Below, piece after piece: positions 1 to 8,876 of a DNA stretch of 64,000 bases. The position numbers and the translations under genes are program-made. Below the pieces are notes generated by a model, which did no database searches, had not been told where the DNA came from, and saw only the letters and a program-made list of their open reading frames with translations. Numbering within the stretch: the stretch's first letter is position 1; each line of letters begins with the position of its first letter. The DNA comes from Treponemataceae bacterium (GTDB lineage Bacteria; Spirochaetota; Spirochaetia; Treponematales; Treponemataceae): NCBI GenBank assembly GCA_045631425.1, contig JAZQUR010000105.1, positions 13,917 to 77,916 on the forward strand. Reading direction: 5' to 3'.

Positions 1-153
1 TCTCGCGGTATCTTAACTGCTTGGAAAAAAGATGAAGACCTAGCAGCAAAACGGGAAGCTGGAACTCTTACAATGGACGATATTGTAGCCGCAGCCACAA
101 AAGCCGCAAAAGAATCCACAGAAGTTCTACTAGAAGCCAAAAACAGTTTATAA
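1..153 (+). CDS. 3' end of an ORF entering from upstream (last 50 codons, product not identifiable)
   Basis: Frame 1 is open from base 1 to TAA at 151-153 (...EAGTLTMDDIVAAATKAAKESTEVLLEAKNSL*). It ends 11 nt before the next start, so it is probably in the same operon. Confidence 0.4.
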   Translation, partial: SRGILTAWKKDEDLAAKREAGTLTMDDIVAAATKAAKESTEVLLEAKNSL

Positions 154-164
154 GGTAAATATCA

Positions 165-1919
165 ATGTGTAAAGAAAATCATAAAACTCTTGGAACTGGA
201 AAAGTTCTTTTATGCCAAGAAGTTGTAAAAGGCATTTATCACCTAGAAGTAGATATTTCAGAAATGAATGTTTGCCCACAGGCTGGTCAGTTTTTTATGC
301 TAAAGGCTGAAAAATCCAACGTATTTTTAACTCGTCCAATCAGTATCTACAAAATTGATAATAATGATGGCAAACTAAAAATCCACTTTTTAATCATGCT
401 TCTTGGGAAAGGAACAAAAGAACTTTGCGAAATGGAAGTTGGAAAAACAGTTTCTTTAACAGGTCCTTTAGGAAATGGATTTTCTGCACCAGATTCATCT
501 GAAAAAGTTGCTATTATTGGTGGGGGAATCGGTGTTGCTCCAGTAGCAGGTTTTGCATCAACCTTAAAAGAAAACTCTTTTGACTTTTTCGCATGTTTCA
601 AATCTGGCACCTATGGAATCGAAGATATAAAAGCAAACAAACTTTTTATCACTACAGACGACGGCTCTGTAGGCATAAAAGGTATGCTTCCATCAGTTTT
701 CAACGCTGATCTAATTTCAAAAGAAAAATACACAGCAGTTTACGCCTGTGGCCCAGAACCAATGCTAAAATACGTGCAACAAATCTGCAAAGAAATGGGC
801 GTAAAGTGCTATCTAAGCATGGAAGCTCGCATGGCTTGTGGCGTTGGCGCTTGTCTTGGCTGTACTATCAACACAACAGAGGGAAATAAACGCTGTTGTA
901 AAGACGGTCCAGTTTTTGACGGTGATATTTTGATTTTCGGTGAACCTCGAAAAAACAACTCTCCTAAAATCAACCCAGAAGAAACTTTTGAACCAGAGCT
1001 GACTTGTAGCGTTGCTGGAGTAAAATTCCAAAATCCAGTGATTGCAGCTTCTGGAACTTTTGGTTTTGGAAAAGAATACGAAGAACTTGTTGATGTAAAT
1101 GCTTTGGGCGGTATTTGTTCAAAGGGCTTAACCTTTGAGAAAAAACCTGGAAACACTGGCATCAGATTGATAGAAACTCCATCTGGAATTATCAACTCTA
1201 TCGGTTTGCAAAATCCTGGAATCCCACATTTTATCCAACACGAATTACCAGAAATGCTAAAATACAAGGCAACTTCTATTGCAAATCTTTCTGGCTCATC
1301 AATCGAAACTTACGTTGAAGGTGCAAAACTTCTAGACAACACAGATATTCCAATGATTGAGCTAAATATTTCTTGTCCAAACGTGAAAAAAGGCGGAATG
1401 GGTTTTGGTCTTGAACCAGATTTGGCTTACGAAGTTGTAAAAGAAGTTCGCGCTGTAACTACAAAACCATTGATGGTAAAACTTTCACCAAACGCACCAT
1501 ACTTGCTAAAAATTGTGGAAGCTGTTATTAACGCAGGAGCTGATGCTATCAGTATGGTAAACACATTCCAAGCTATTGCTATTGATGTGGAACGAGGTAC
1601 AACAATTTTCGACAATGTTCGGGCAGGACTTTCTGGTTCAGCTGTAAAACCAATCGCCCTTCGCATGGTTTTTGACGTTTGCCAATACATCAACACACTG
1701 CCAAAAGAAAAGCAAGTTCCAGTTGTTGGTCTTGGTGGAATTACCACTTGGAAAGACGCTGTTGAGTTTATCATGGCAGGAGCTGCTGCAGTTCAAGTTG
1801 GAACAGCAACCTTCATCAACCCAAAAGCAATGGAAGAAATTGTTGATGGCGTAAAGGCTTTTATGAAGCGAAAAGGCTATAAATCAATCGAAGAAATGCG
1901 CGGTATTGCGTTGAAATAG
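165..1919 (+). CDS. pyrD: Fused dihydroorotate dehydrogenase B: electron-transfer subunit (PyrK-like, aa 1-~260) plus catalytic subunit (PyrD class 1B, aa ~275-584)
   Basis: The N-terminal half has an FAD/NAD-binding fold and the 2Fe-2S motif CGVGACLGC...CCKDGPVF. The C-terminal half has FQNPVIAASGTFGFG, NSIGLQNPG, ELNISCPN and GLGGI, typical of PyrD 1B. Confidence 0.9.
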   Translation: MCKENHKTLGTGKVLLCQEVVKGIYHLEVDISEMNVCPQAGQFFMLKAEKSNVFLTRPISIYKIDNNDGKLKIHFLIMLLGKGTKELCEMEVGKTVSLTGPLGNGFSAPDSSEKVAIIGGGIGVAPVAGFASTLKENSFDFFACFKSGTYGIEDIKANKLFITTDDGSVGIKGMLPSVFNADLISKEKYTAVYACGPEPMLKYVQQICKEMGVKCYLSMEARMACGVGACLGCTINTTEGNKRCCKDGPVFDGDILIFGEPRKNNSPKINPEETFEPELTCSVAGVKFQNPVIAASGTFGFGKEYEELVDVNALGGICSKGLTFEKKPGNTGIRLIETPSGIINSIGLQNPGIPHFIQHELPEMLKYKATSIANLSGSSIETYVEGAKLLDNTDIPMIELNISCPNVKKGGMGFGLEPDLAYEVVKEVRAVTTKPLMVKLSPNAPYLLKIVEAVINAGADAISMVNTFQAIAIDVERGTTIFDNVRAGLSGSAVKPIALRMVFDVCQYINTLPKEKQVPVVGLGGITTWKDAVEFIMAGAAAVQVGTATFINPKAMEEIVDGVKAFMKRKGYKSIEEMRGIALK

Positions 1920-1936
1920 GGAATTGTCCCATAAAA

Positions 1937-1979
1937 AGCAAAAAGCTCTTGCATGTGTTATTTGCAAGAGCTTTTTTTT
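1937..1979. terminator. Bidirectional rho-independent terminator between convergent genes
   Basis: 9-bp stem GCTCTTGCA (1945-1953) / TGCAAGAGC (1963-1971), with an A-run upstream and a T8 run downstream. Confidence 0.75.
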
Positions 1980-2895
1980 ATCCCCGTAAGTGTTCCACCA
2001 TTTTCTTTACTTCAGCCTCTCCGCCTCGGCAAAGTGCTGTAACAAATGGACGTCCCAACATTACTTCTGAAACCCCGAAATAACTTGCTGTCTTTAAGTC
2101 TTTTTTTGTGCGAAGGCCACCATCAACCCAAAGTTCGCCACAATAATTTTTTAGTTCTGAGCCGTATTCTTTCAAAAACATTGCAGTGCTACCAATTCTG
2201 TTTTCAACCCGGCCGCCGTGGTTCGAAATTACCACAATTTCTGGCTTCACTTCTTTTACAAGTTCCACATCCTCTTTTGTGAAAACCCCCTTTATAGCAA
2301 AAGGAAGCTTGGCATGTTTTTTCAACCCGTTGATTTGAGCTGGTGTTTTTCGTTCAAGTTGCACAAGATTTCGCATTGTCACGATATTATAAGAATCAAT
2401 ATCCACACCAATAATCTCAGAAACTCCCGTACACCATCCAATTCGCTCAATAATCTTTTGATTTGGATAGGGTTTTATAAAAACTGCTGATTTTATGCTT
2501 TTTGAAGAATTTTTTTGCTGCAAAAAATTTATCGCTTGAATTCCACTTTGAAGTTTGATATCAGGACAGCCATCACCGATAGAAAGATTTGCACCAGCCT
2601 TGTAAGCAGCCTCTGTTAACGCAAAGTAAAAGCTTTCTTCATCAGCCCAACCAACGTTTTCCACAGCCCCTGTAATAGGCGCCAATCTGATTTTAGGCAA
2701 TTCGATGGATTCTGAGATTTTATTAAAATTTTCAATTTCTTTTCTAAGGATTTTCCAATCTTTACAGTTAGCCTGAAAATTAACGCTATCGTTAAATCCT
2801 CCCATTCCCGGAAGTTGTCCAACACATCTTTTTCCATGGCAATTTTTACATAAATGACATTTATACGACACTTTAGTCTCCAAAACAAGTTCCAA
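1978..2895 (-). CDS. FMN-dependent alpha-hydroxy-acid dehydrogenase/oxidase family protein with an N-terminal Cys cluster
   Basis: ISNHGGR motif and TIM-barrel FMN-family pattern (FAIKGV, VDGGLR). N-terminal CHLCKNCHGKRC. Its start overlaps the pfk stop by 23 nt. Confidence 0.7.
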   Translation of the reverse strand: MELVLETKVSYKCHLCKNCHGKRCVGQLPGMGGFNDSVNFQANCKDWKILRKEIENFNKISESIELPKIRLAPITGAVENVGWADEESFYFALTEAAYKAGANLSIGDGCPDIKLQSGIQAINFLQQKNSSKSIKSAVFIKPYPNQKIIERIGWCTGVSEIIGVDIDSYNIVTMRNLVQLERKTPAQINGLKKHAKLPFAIKGVFTKEDVELVKEVKPEIVVISNHGGRVENRIGSTAMFLKEYGSELKNYCGELWVDGGLRTKKDLKTASYFGVSEVMLGRPFVTALCRGGEAEVKKMVEHLRG

Positions 2896-3961
2896 CTTCT
2901 CTCGCTGATAATAATAATGGATGATCAGTTGGCACTTTTTTTATCTTTCCTGCAACATTTTCAAGAGGCACTCCTGTTGGAACACCGTTTACCATTGCTA
3001 CCATTTTACCAAACTCACCACGAGCAGCCATGTGAGCCGCAGTTGTTCCACATTGTGTAGCTAAAACTCGGTCATAAGGAACTGGAGTCCCGCCCCGTTG
3101 CAAATATCCCAAAACTGTAACACGAGGCTCTAAGTCAGTAGCGTCCCTTAACTCTTTTGCTATTCTATAAGCGATAGAATATGGCATATCTTTTCGGGCT
3201 TTTTTGAATGCTTTTTTGTCTAGCTTTGCTTCTTCAACAGAAAGAGCCCCTTCAGCCACCACGATGATAGAAAACGGATGGCCGTCCTCTTGCCGTTTTT
3301 TTACGTGACGCGCTATTGGCTCAATATCGTATGGGATTTCTGGAATCAAGATGACATCACCGCCACCAGCAATTCCAGCGTAAAGCCCAAGCCATCCCGC
3401 TTTGTGTCCCATAACCTCGATTATCATTATGCGGCTATGACTGTGGGCTGTTGTATGAAGTCGGTCAATTGCTTCAGTTGCAACGGAAACCGCAGTATGA
3501 AATCCAAATGTTATATCAGTTTCTGCAAGGTCGTTATCAATGGTTTTTGGTAGGCCGATAACGTTTAGCCCTTCTTGTTGCAATTTTGATGCAGTTGTAT
3601 TTGTACCATTTCCTCCAATGCAAACAAGGGCATCCAAATTCCACTTTTTATAGTTTTCCTTGATAGCATCAACAGCTTCTTGCCCAATCTTAAAAGGCTT
3701 TTCCCGAGATGTTCCAAGAATTGTTCCACCACGAGTTAAAATGCCAGACAACTCATTTGGGGTAAGCTCATGACCAAGCCCCTGCATTAAACCACGAAAA
3801 CCCTGCTCAATGCCGATAACTTTTATACCATATTGATTTATAGCAGTTCGTGCAACCCCACGAATAGCCGCATTTAACCCCGGAGCATCGCCACCAGAAG
3901 TGAGAATTCCTATAGTTTTAACCACAGATTTTTTTGTGGTGATATTTGCATTTCCATCCAT
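2873..3961 (-). CDS. pfkA: 6-phosphofructokinase (short PfkA-type)
   Basis: [39 protein letters not shown] and LGYLQRGG motifs. Confidence 0.9.
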   Translation of the reverse strand: MDGNANITTKKSVVKTIGILTSGGDAPGLNAAIRGVARTAINQYGIKVIGIEQGFRGLMQGLGHELTPNELSGILTRGGTILGTSREKPFKIGQEAVDAIKENYKKWNLDALVCIGGNGTNTTASKLQQEGLNVIGLPKTIDNDLAETDITFGFHTAVSVATEAIDRLHTTAHSHSRIMIIEVMGHKAGWLGLYAGIAGGGDVILIPEIPYDIEPIARHVKKRQEDGHPFSIIVVAEGALSVEEAKLDKKAFKKARKDMPYSIAYRIAKELRDATDLEPRVTVLGYLQRGGTPVPYDRVLATQCGTTAAHMAARGEFGKMVAMVNGVPTGVPLENVAGKIKKVPTDHPLLLSAREVGTCFGD

Positions 3962-4021
3962 AACTTAAGAATAACAGAGAAAAAAGATTTTGGGAATTTC
4001 AAACTTCCAGAAAAGTGAACA

Positions 4022-4585
4022 TCACCGTGTTTTTAGCCATTTTTTTAGCATCACATTTGAAGAAATAAAAGCGATAGGTAACTTTTCAACATCATCTTCC
4101 GAATTGATTTGGTAAAAATCCAAGCCAGAAACTTCGCTTTCCTGAATTTGAAGCTTTTTCAAATCAAAATCGACCGGACATTTACAACTAAAAAATATAT
4201 CGCAAGTTTTGTAAGTGATATTTTTGTATTTGTATGTATTTGGGCTTGTTCCAACAAAACTGATGTCAGACTCTTTCACATCAAGTCCGATTTCCTCTTT
4301 TACTTCACGAACACAAGCAGATTCAGCACTTTCATCAGCATCAATAAAACCACCAGGAAGAGCTAAAAATCCTTTTTGAGGGTCCTTCGCCCGTTTTTCA
4401 AGCAAAACTCGGTTATCCTCTGTGTATAAAATTAGCCCAACAGCAGCAGCCACATTGTTGTATAAATCAAAATCACAATCGCCACAAACCCAATGACGAG
4501 AATTTACATATTCCAAAGAGGATTTCCCACAAAGTGGACAAATTTTCATTTCATTTTCAAAGTCCATATAAAACCTATTTCCCAT
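4022..4585 (-). CDS. NUDIX hydrolase with N-terminal zinc ribbon (NudC-like)
   Basis: CPLCG...CGDC zinc ribbon and Nudix box GGFIDADESAESACVREVKEEIG. Confidence 0.75.
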   Translation of the reverse strand: MGNRFYMDFENEMKICPLCGKSSLEYVNSRHWVCGDCDFDLYNNVAAAVGLILYTEDNRVLLEKRAKDPQKGFLALPGGFIDADESAESACVREVKEEIGLDVKESDISFVGTSPNTYKYKNITYKTCDIFFSCKCPVDFDLKKLQIQESEVSGLDFYQINSEDDVEKLPIAFISSNVMLKKWLKTR

Positions 4586-4614
4586 TCTCTAGAAAAAACG
4601 CGGTAACAGTTCCC

Positions 4615-6954
4615 TTAAAAATATCTAGCAGTTAGTGCTTCTGCAACGCTGTTTGCCCGCTCTAGTGTTCGGTTGATTAGAGGCACAAAAAGTGGCAAAA
4701 GTTTTCTTAAACGGTTAAAAAAGCCTTTCGCATCCCCAAGACCACCTCGCACAAGTTGAACTTTTATAATCAAAGAAGCTTCGTCCGCCAAAAGTGGGAT
4801 AAATCTGAATATCATCACCAAAATCAAACTGGCTGATTTTGAGGGTATCATTTTTGAAAAGCCTTCTATCAAATCTTTTTCGTCTGTGGAATACATAAAT
4901 CCAAAAATCAATAAAATTCCAGTTGCCAAATGCAAAATAGATTTTACAGAAATCAAGATTTTTTCCACCGTGATTTTTATTATTCCAAAGTGGAACAAAA
5001 TTGTATCTCCGGGATTTATGGGGAAAAACAAAAATTGCAAAACTAAGAAAAACAACACCCATGGGAAAAGCACAAAAAAACTTTTCAACGGTTTTTTCAA
5101 AGGAAGTTTTGCAAAAATTGCATAAACCAAAGCAACGCTCAAAGATAAAAGTGATAAAGGTATTGATTTTAGAAAAATTGATGTTAAAAACAATCCCAAA
5201 AATACAAGATATTTTGCTAAAGGCGAAAGTTTATGAATTACCGAGTCTTTTTTTTCGTAAAGCCCAGTAGAAAGCCCGTTTAGTTTTTTTAGTAAACTCA
5301 CCCCTTCTAATCTCTGAAAATCAACTAATTTTTCTTTTGATATTTCGCCCTTAACTTGATATTTTGCAGTTTTCTCAAAATCAACATCACTATCATAAAG
5401 GATTTCGCCATTTTCGATTTTTAACTGACGATTTGCGATTTTTGTTTCTTCTTCACGATGAGTAGAATAAATTACTGTTTTCCCTTGTTTACTGAGTTTT
5501 TCCAATGTTTTGAGAATTTGCTTTCTTCCTTGTGGATCAAGTCCCGCAGTTGGTTCGTCAAAAAGCAAAATAGATGAATCAAGTGCAATTATTCCCGCAA
5601 GAGAAAGTCGTCGTTTTTCTCCGCCAGAAAGTGCCTTTGTATTTCTGTTGCCAAAAAGAGAATAGTCTAATCCAGTTAATTCCATTGATGAAACAACTTT
5701 TTCTTTTAACTTTTTCCCAGTTAATCCTTTGTTGATAGGACCAAAGGCAACATCGTCGGCAGCGAAGTTTTCAAACAAAGCACTTTCCGCTTCTTGTAAT
5801 GCAAGAACAGGACGCTCTGTTGCCAAAATTTCCCCTTCTTGTATTTCAAGCAATCCAGATGCAATCTCGAAAAGGGTAGACTTTCCGCCGCCGCTTTTTC
5901 CCATAATTGCAGTTAGGCTACCTTTCTTAAAAGAAAGTGAAAAATCTTTGTATAGAGGATTTTGCCCCGGATAAGCAAAAGTTATATTTTTGAGGGAAAG
6001 ACTTGTTTCTTGTGTAGAGGCTTCGGTGGCGACACAACCAGAACTAGCTTGTACAGTGTGAAGGGCTGTTGCAGAAGAACCTGCCCAAGACACAGCGTCG
6101 CCCAAGTCACCAGAACTAGCTTGAACAGTGGATTCGACATCTGTTGGAGAACCAACTTGGGAAGCGTGTTCTTCAGAACCAGCTTGTACACAAGAATCGC
6201 TTTTTGCCGAAAAATCAACTTGAAAAGCGACCTCCCCAGAACCAGCCAAAACATCAGCCTCATCAATGCAAAAGTGGGATTTTATAAATGAATCAGTTTT
6301 ATCTAGCGAATTCTCATCTCGGATAAGAACCCCGTTTTCCATCACCAAAATGCGATTGGCACGTTCAGCTTCATCTAAATCATGAGTAATATGAATAATT
6401 GTTTTGCCTTTTTGATTTTCGCCGTCAAGAAAGTCTAAAATCTCTTTTCGGGAAACTGGATCAATCATAGAAACAGATTCATCTAAAATCAGCAAATCAG
6501 GATTCAAAGCCAAAATTCCTGCCAATGCCAATTTTTGTGTCTGTCCCAAAGAAAGATTTGCAGTAAAATCCTCAATTTTTTCTTCCAAAGAAACTGTTTT
6601 CAAAGAGGATAAAATGATTTCTTCTGTTTCTGTAGCTGAAAATCCCAAGTTATTTGGGCCAAATCCAGTATCAGTTTTTACGATACTTGCAATTATCTGA
6701 TTTTTTGGAGATTGAAAAACAATTCCTACAGGAGCCTTGCTTTCTGAAAAGATTTTTACATTTCCAGAAGATGGCTGGTAAATCCCGCACAAAAGCCGAG
6801 CAAGAGTACTTTTTCCAGAGCCATTTAATCCCAAAATTGCCACATAACTGCCTCTAGAAACAGCAAATGAAACATTTTTTACTGCTTCTAGATTATTTTC
6901 CCTATAAACATAAGAAAGATTTTCAGCAAGAATGATATTATTTGTATTCATCAA
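4615..6954 (-). CDS. ECF transporter triple fusion: EcfA-like ATPase + EcfA'-like ATPase + EcfT-like transmembrane component
   Basis: Two ABC cassettes (GLNGSGKST / LSLGQ / LILDE and GKSGGGKST / LSGGE / LLFDEP). They are followed by a multi-TM tail with CbiQ/EcfT-like motifs (RFIPLL, QLVRGG, ALTARYF). Confidence 0.85.
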   Translation of the reverse strand: MMNTNNIILAENLSYVYRENNLEAVKNVSFAVSRGSYVAILGLNGSGKSTLARLLCGIYQPSSGNVKIFSESKAPVGIVFQSPKNQIIASIVKTDTGFGPNNLGFSATETEEIILSSLKTVSLEEKIEDFTANLSLGQTQKLALAGILALNPDLLILDESVSMIDPVSRKEILDFLDGENQKGKTIIHITHDLDEAERANRILVMENGVLIRDENSLDKTDSFIKSHFCIDEADVLAGSGEVAFQVDFSAKSDSCVQAGSEEHASQVGSPTDVESTVQASSGDLGDAVSWAGSSATALHTVQASSGCVATEASTQETSLSLKNITFAYPGQNPLYKDFSLSFKKGSLTAIMGKSGGGKSTLFEIASGLLEIQEGEILATERPVLALQEAESALFENFAADDVAFGPINKGLTGKKLKEKVVSSMELTGLDYSLFGNRNTKALSGGEKRRLSLAGIIALDSSILLFDEPTAGLDPQGRKQILKTLEKLSKQGKTVIYSTHREEETKIANRQLKIENGEILYDSDVDFEKTAKYQVKGEISKEKLVDFQRLEGVSLLKKLNGLSTGLYEKKDSVIHKLSPLAKYLVFLGLFLTSIFLKSIPLSLLSLSVALVYAIFAKLPLKKPLKSFFVLFPWVLFFLVLQFLFFPINPGDTILFHFGIIKITVEKILISVKSILHLATGILLIFGFMYSTDEKDLIEGFSKMIPSKSASLILVMIFRFIPLLADEASLIIKVQLVRGGLGDAKGFFNRLRKLLPLFVPLINRTLERANSVAEALTARYF
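6031..6255 (-). repeat. Degenerate tandem repeat (period ~63-72 nt, 3-4 units) encoding the Ser/Gly/Ala/Gln-rich linker between the two ATPase cassettes
   Basis: ACCAGAACTAGCTTGTACAGTG at 6037-6058 and ACCAGAACTAGCTTGAACAGTG at 6109-6130, with decayed copies near 6174-6190 and 6236-6252. The protein repeats (S/T)VQA(G/S)S three times. The region is locally GC-rich and open in several frames. Confidence 0.7.
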
Positions 6955-8104
6955 CCATTTCTTTTATGCGTTGTAGTGCGATTTTGATTTTGTTGATGTC
7001 TGTGGCGTAACAACAGCGGATAAAACCTTCACCACCAGCTCCAAAAACTGTTCCTGGAACTACAGCCACTTGATGCTTTTCTATCAACTGAGTTGCGAAT
7101 TCTTCAGAAGTTAATCCAGTTTTTCTAATGTCTGGGAACATATAAAATGCGCCTTCTGGCTCTGTGCAAGGTAAGCCCATTTCTTTGAAGGCTTTGTACA
7201 TCAAATTGCGGCGTTGTTGATAAGAAACTCGCATTTTCTCAACTTCGTGGCCACCGTTTTTCAAGCCTTCCAAAGCACCGTATTGGCTCATAATTGGAGC
7301 ACAGATGCTTGAATATTGGTGAAGTTTATGAACTTCTGCCATCAATTCAGCTGGAGCACAAACGTAACCAATACGCCAACCTGTCATAGCAAAGGCTTTT
7401 GAAAATCCGTTTAGAACGATTGTGTAATCTTTCATTCCTGGGAAAGAGCCGATTGAACAATGCTCATTATCATCGTAAACAAGTTCGCAATAAACTTCGT
7501 CAGATAAAACCCAGATTTCATGTTTTTTTACAACTTCTGCAATTTTTTCCAATTCTGATTTTGGAATCATTCTTCCAGTTGGATTGCTTGGAGAACAAAT
7601 CATGATTGCCTTGGTTTTTGGAGTGATAGCAGCCTCGATTTGTTCTGCAGTTGGATAAAATCCGTTTACACTTGTGTCTATGTGGACAAGTTTTGTATCA
7701 CACAAAGCTGCCAAAGGCTGATATGAAACATAACAAGGTTCACAAATAATGATTTCATCACCTGGATTTAAGATTGAACGCAAAACGGCATCTACAGCTT
7801 CAGAAACACCGATAGTAACCAAAATCTCGTTTTTTGGATTGTAGTCAAGACCGTATTTTGTAAGATATTCTGCGATTGCTTCTCTAAGTTCTAGCAATCC
7901 CCAGTTTGATGTATAAGATGTGTGTCCTTGTTCAAGGTGATAATAAGCTTCTTCACGAATACTCCATGGAGTTGGAAAGTCAGGCTCCCCAACACCCAAA
8001 GAAATAATATCATCACGACCAATTATCAAATCAAAGAACTTTCTAATTCCTGATGGTGGAGTTTCTAATATTTTTTTTGAAAATCTATCTTCTCTTGTGT
8101 TCAT
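6938..8104 (-). CDS. Class I/II pyridoxal-phosphate aminotransferase (AspC/AspB-like)
   Basis: SNPTGR and SKAFAMTGWRIGY (PLP-lysine motif); length 388 aa. Confidence 0.9.
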   Translation of the reverse strand: MNTREDRFSKKILETPPSGIRKFFDLIIGRDDIISLGVGEPDFPTPWSIREEAYYHLEQGHTSYTSNWGLLELREAIAEYLTKYGLDYNPKNEILVTIGVSEAVDAVLRSILNPGDEIIICEPCYVSYQPLAALCDTKLVHIDTSVNGFYPTAEQIEAAITPKTKAIMICSPSNPTGRMIPKSELEKIAEVVKKHEIWVLSDEVYCELVYDDNEHCSIGSFPGMKDYTIVLNGFSKAFAMTGWRIGYVCAPAELMAEVHKLHQYSSICAPIMSQYGALEGLKNGGHEVEKMRVSYQQRRNLMYKAFKEMGLPCTEPEGAFYMFPDIRKTGLTSEEFATQLIEKHQVAVVPGTVFGAGGEGFIRCCYATDINKIKIALQRIKEMVDEYK

Positions 8105-8589
8105 TATGCAGTTACTCCTTCTCTAGAGTCTTTCTTTTCATCAACGTATACGATTTCGTTTTCTTTATAAGTTTTTAATACAAAGTGAGTCTTTGTGCTT
8201 CTAACACCGTTAAGTGTTGAAAGTTTACGAGCAACGAAAAATGAAACATCTTGTAGACTTTCACCTTCGATAATTACTTGTAAATCATATCCGCCTGACA
8301 TTAAATATAATGATTTTACCTGAGGGAAACGGTAAATACGTTCAGCAATAGCATCAAATCCGTGTTCTCTTTCTGGAGCAACCTGAATTTCGATAACAGC
8401 TTGTACTAGGTTTTTGCTTTTTGGGTCTTTTTCAGGATTTACGATGGCTGCGTATTTTAAAATTACACCATCATTTTCAAGCTGGGCGATAATGGCGGCA
8501 ACTTCTTCCACAGTTTTTTTTGTCATGGCCGCTATATCTTCTAAGGCCAAACGAGCATTATTTTGTAGTAAGTTTAAAATTTCTTCCAT
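8104..8589 (-). CDS. Lrp/AsnC family transcriptional regulator
   Basis: HTH plus AsnC/RAM-domain pattern. Start placed at the ATG (MEEILNLL), which sits 7 nt after GGGAGG, rather than at the upstream TTG of the ORF track. The stop overlaps the aminotransferase start by 1 nt. Confidence 0.85.
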   Translation of the reverse strand: MEEILNLLQNNARLALEDIAAMTKKTVEEVAAIIAQLENDGVILKYAAIVNPEKDPKSKNLVQAVIEIQVAPEREHGFDAIAERIYRFPQVKSLYLMSGGYDLQVIIEGESLQDVSFFVARKLSTLNGVRSTKTHFVLKTYKENEIVYVDEKKDSREGVTA

Positions 8590-8616
8590 TAGATTGCCTC
8601 CCAAAAAAATTAATGA

Positions 8617-8750
8617 GGAAGTTTTAACTTCCGAGTTAATTTTTTTACGCTATTTCGCAGCAAAGCGAGAAATAGCAAATAAATAGGAAAGTTTGCAACG
8701 CAAACTTTAAGGAAAGGACTTCGACGCTATTTCAGGAGAAGTTCTTTCCT
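8617..8750 (-). promoter_or_regulatory. Cluster of four consecutive stem-loops in the gap between the ABC module and lrp (candidate leader/attenuator or terminator stack)
   Basis: Stems 8617-8622/8627-8632, 8649-8658/8665-8676, 8689-8696/8700-8707 and 8710-8722/8738-8750. ACGCTATTTC is repeated at 8647-8656 and 8724-8733. On the minus strand the last hairpin is followed by a T7 run just before the lrp RBS. Confidence 0.4.
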
Positions 8751-8876
8751 GTATCTCCATTTTGAATGTTTGCAAAGATTTTTACGTTCTTTTAGAATAG
8801 TGATTTTTATAGTTTTTTACAACTATATGCGAAGAATTTTAATAATGTCGGGCATGGATGTTTGGCTAAGGGGACG

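Noticed and set aside
5962-6291. 109-aa (+) and 94-aa (-, 5982-6266) ORFs inside the ECF fusion gene
   Set aside because: They coincide with the GC-rich repeat linker, where stops are rare in all frames. They have no RBS and low-complexity translations.
8705-8758. 17-aa minus-strand ORF (MEIQERTSPEIASKSFP) inside the stem-loop cluster
   Set aside because: It has no Shine-Dalgarno sequence and its codons are simply the arms of the 13-bp hairpin.
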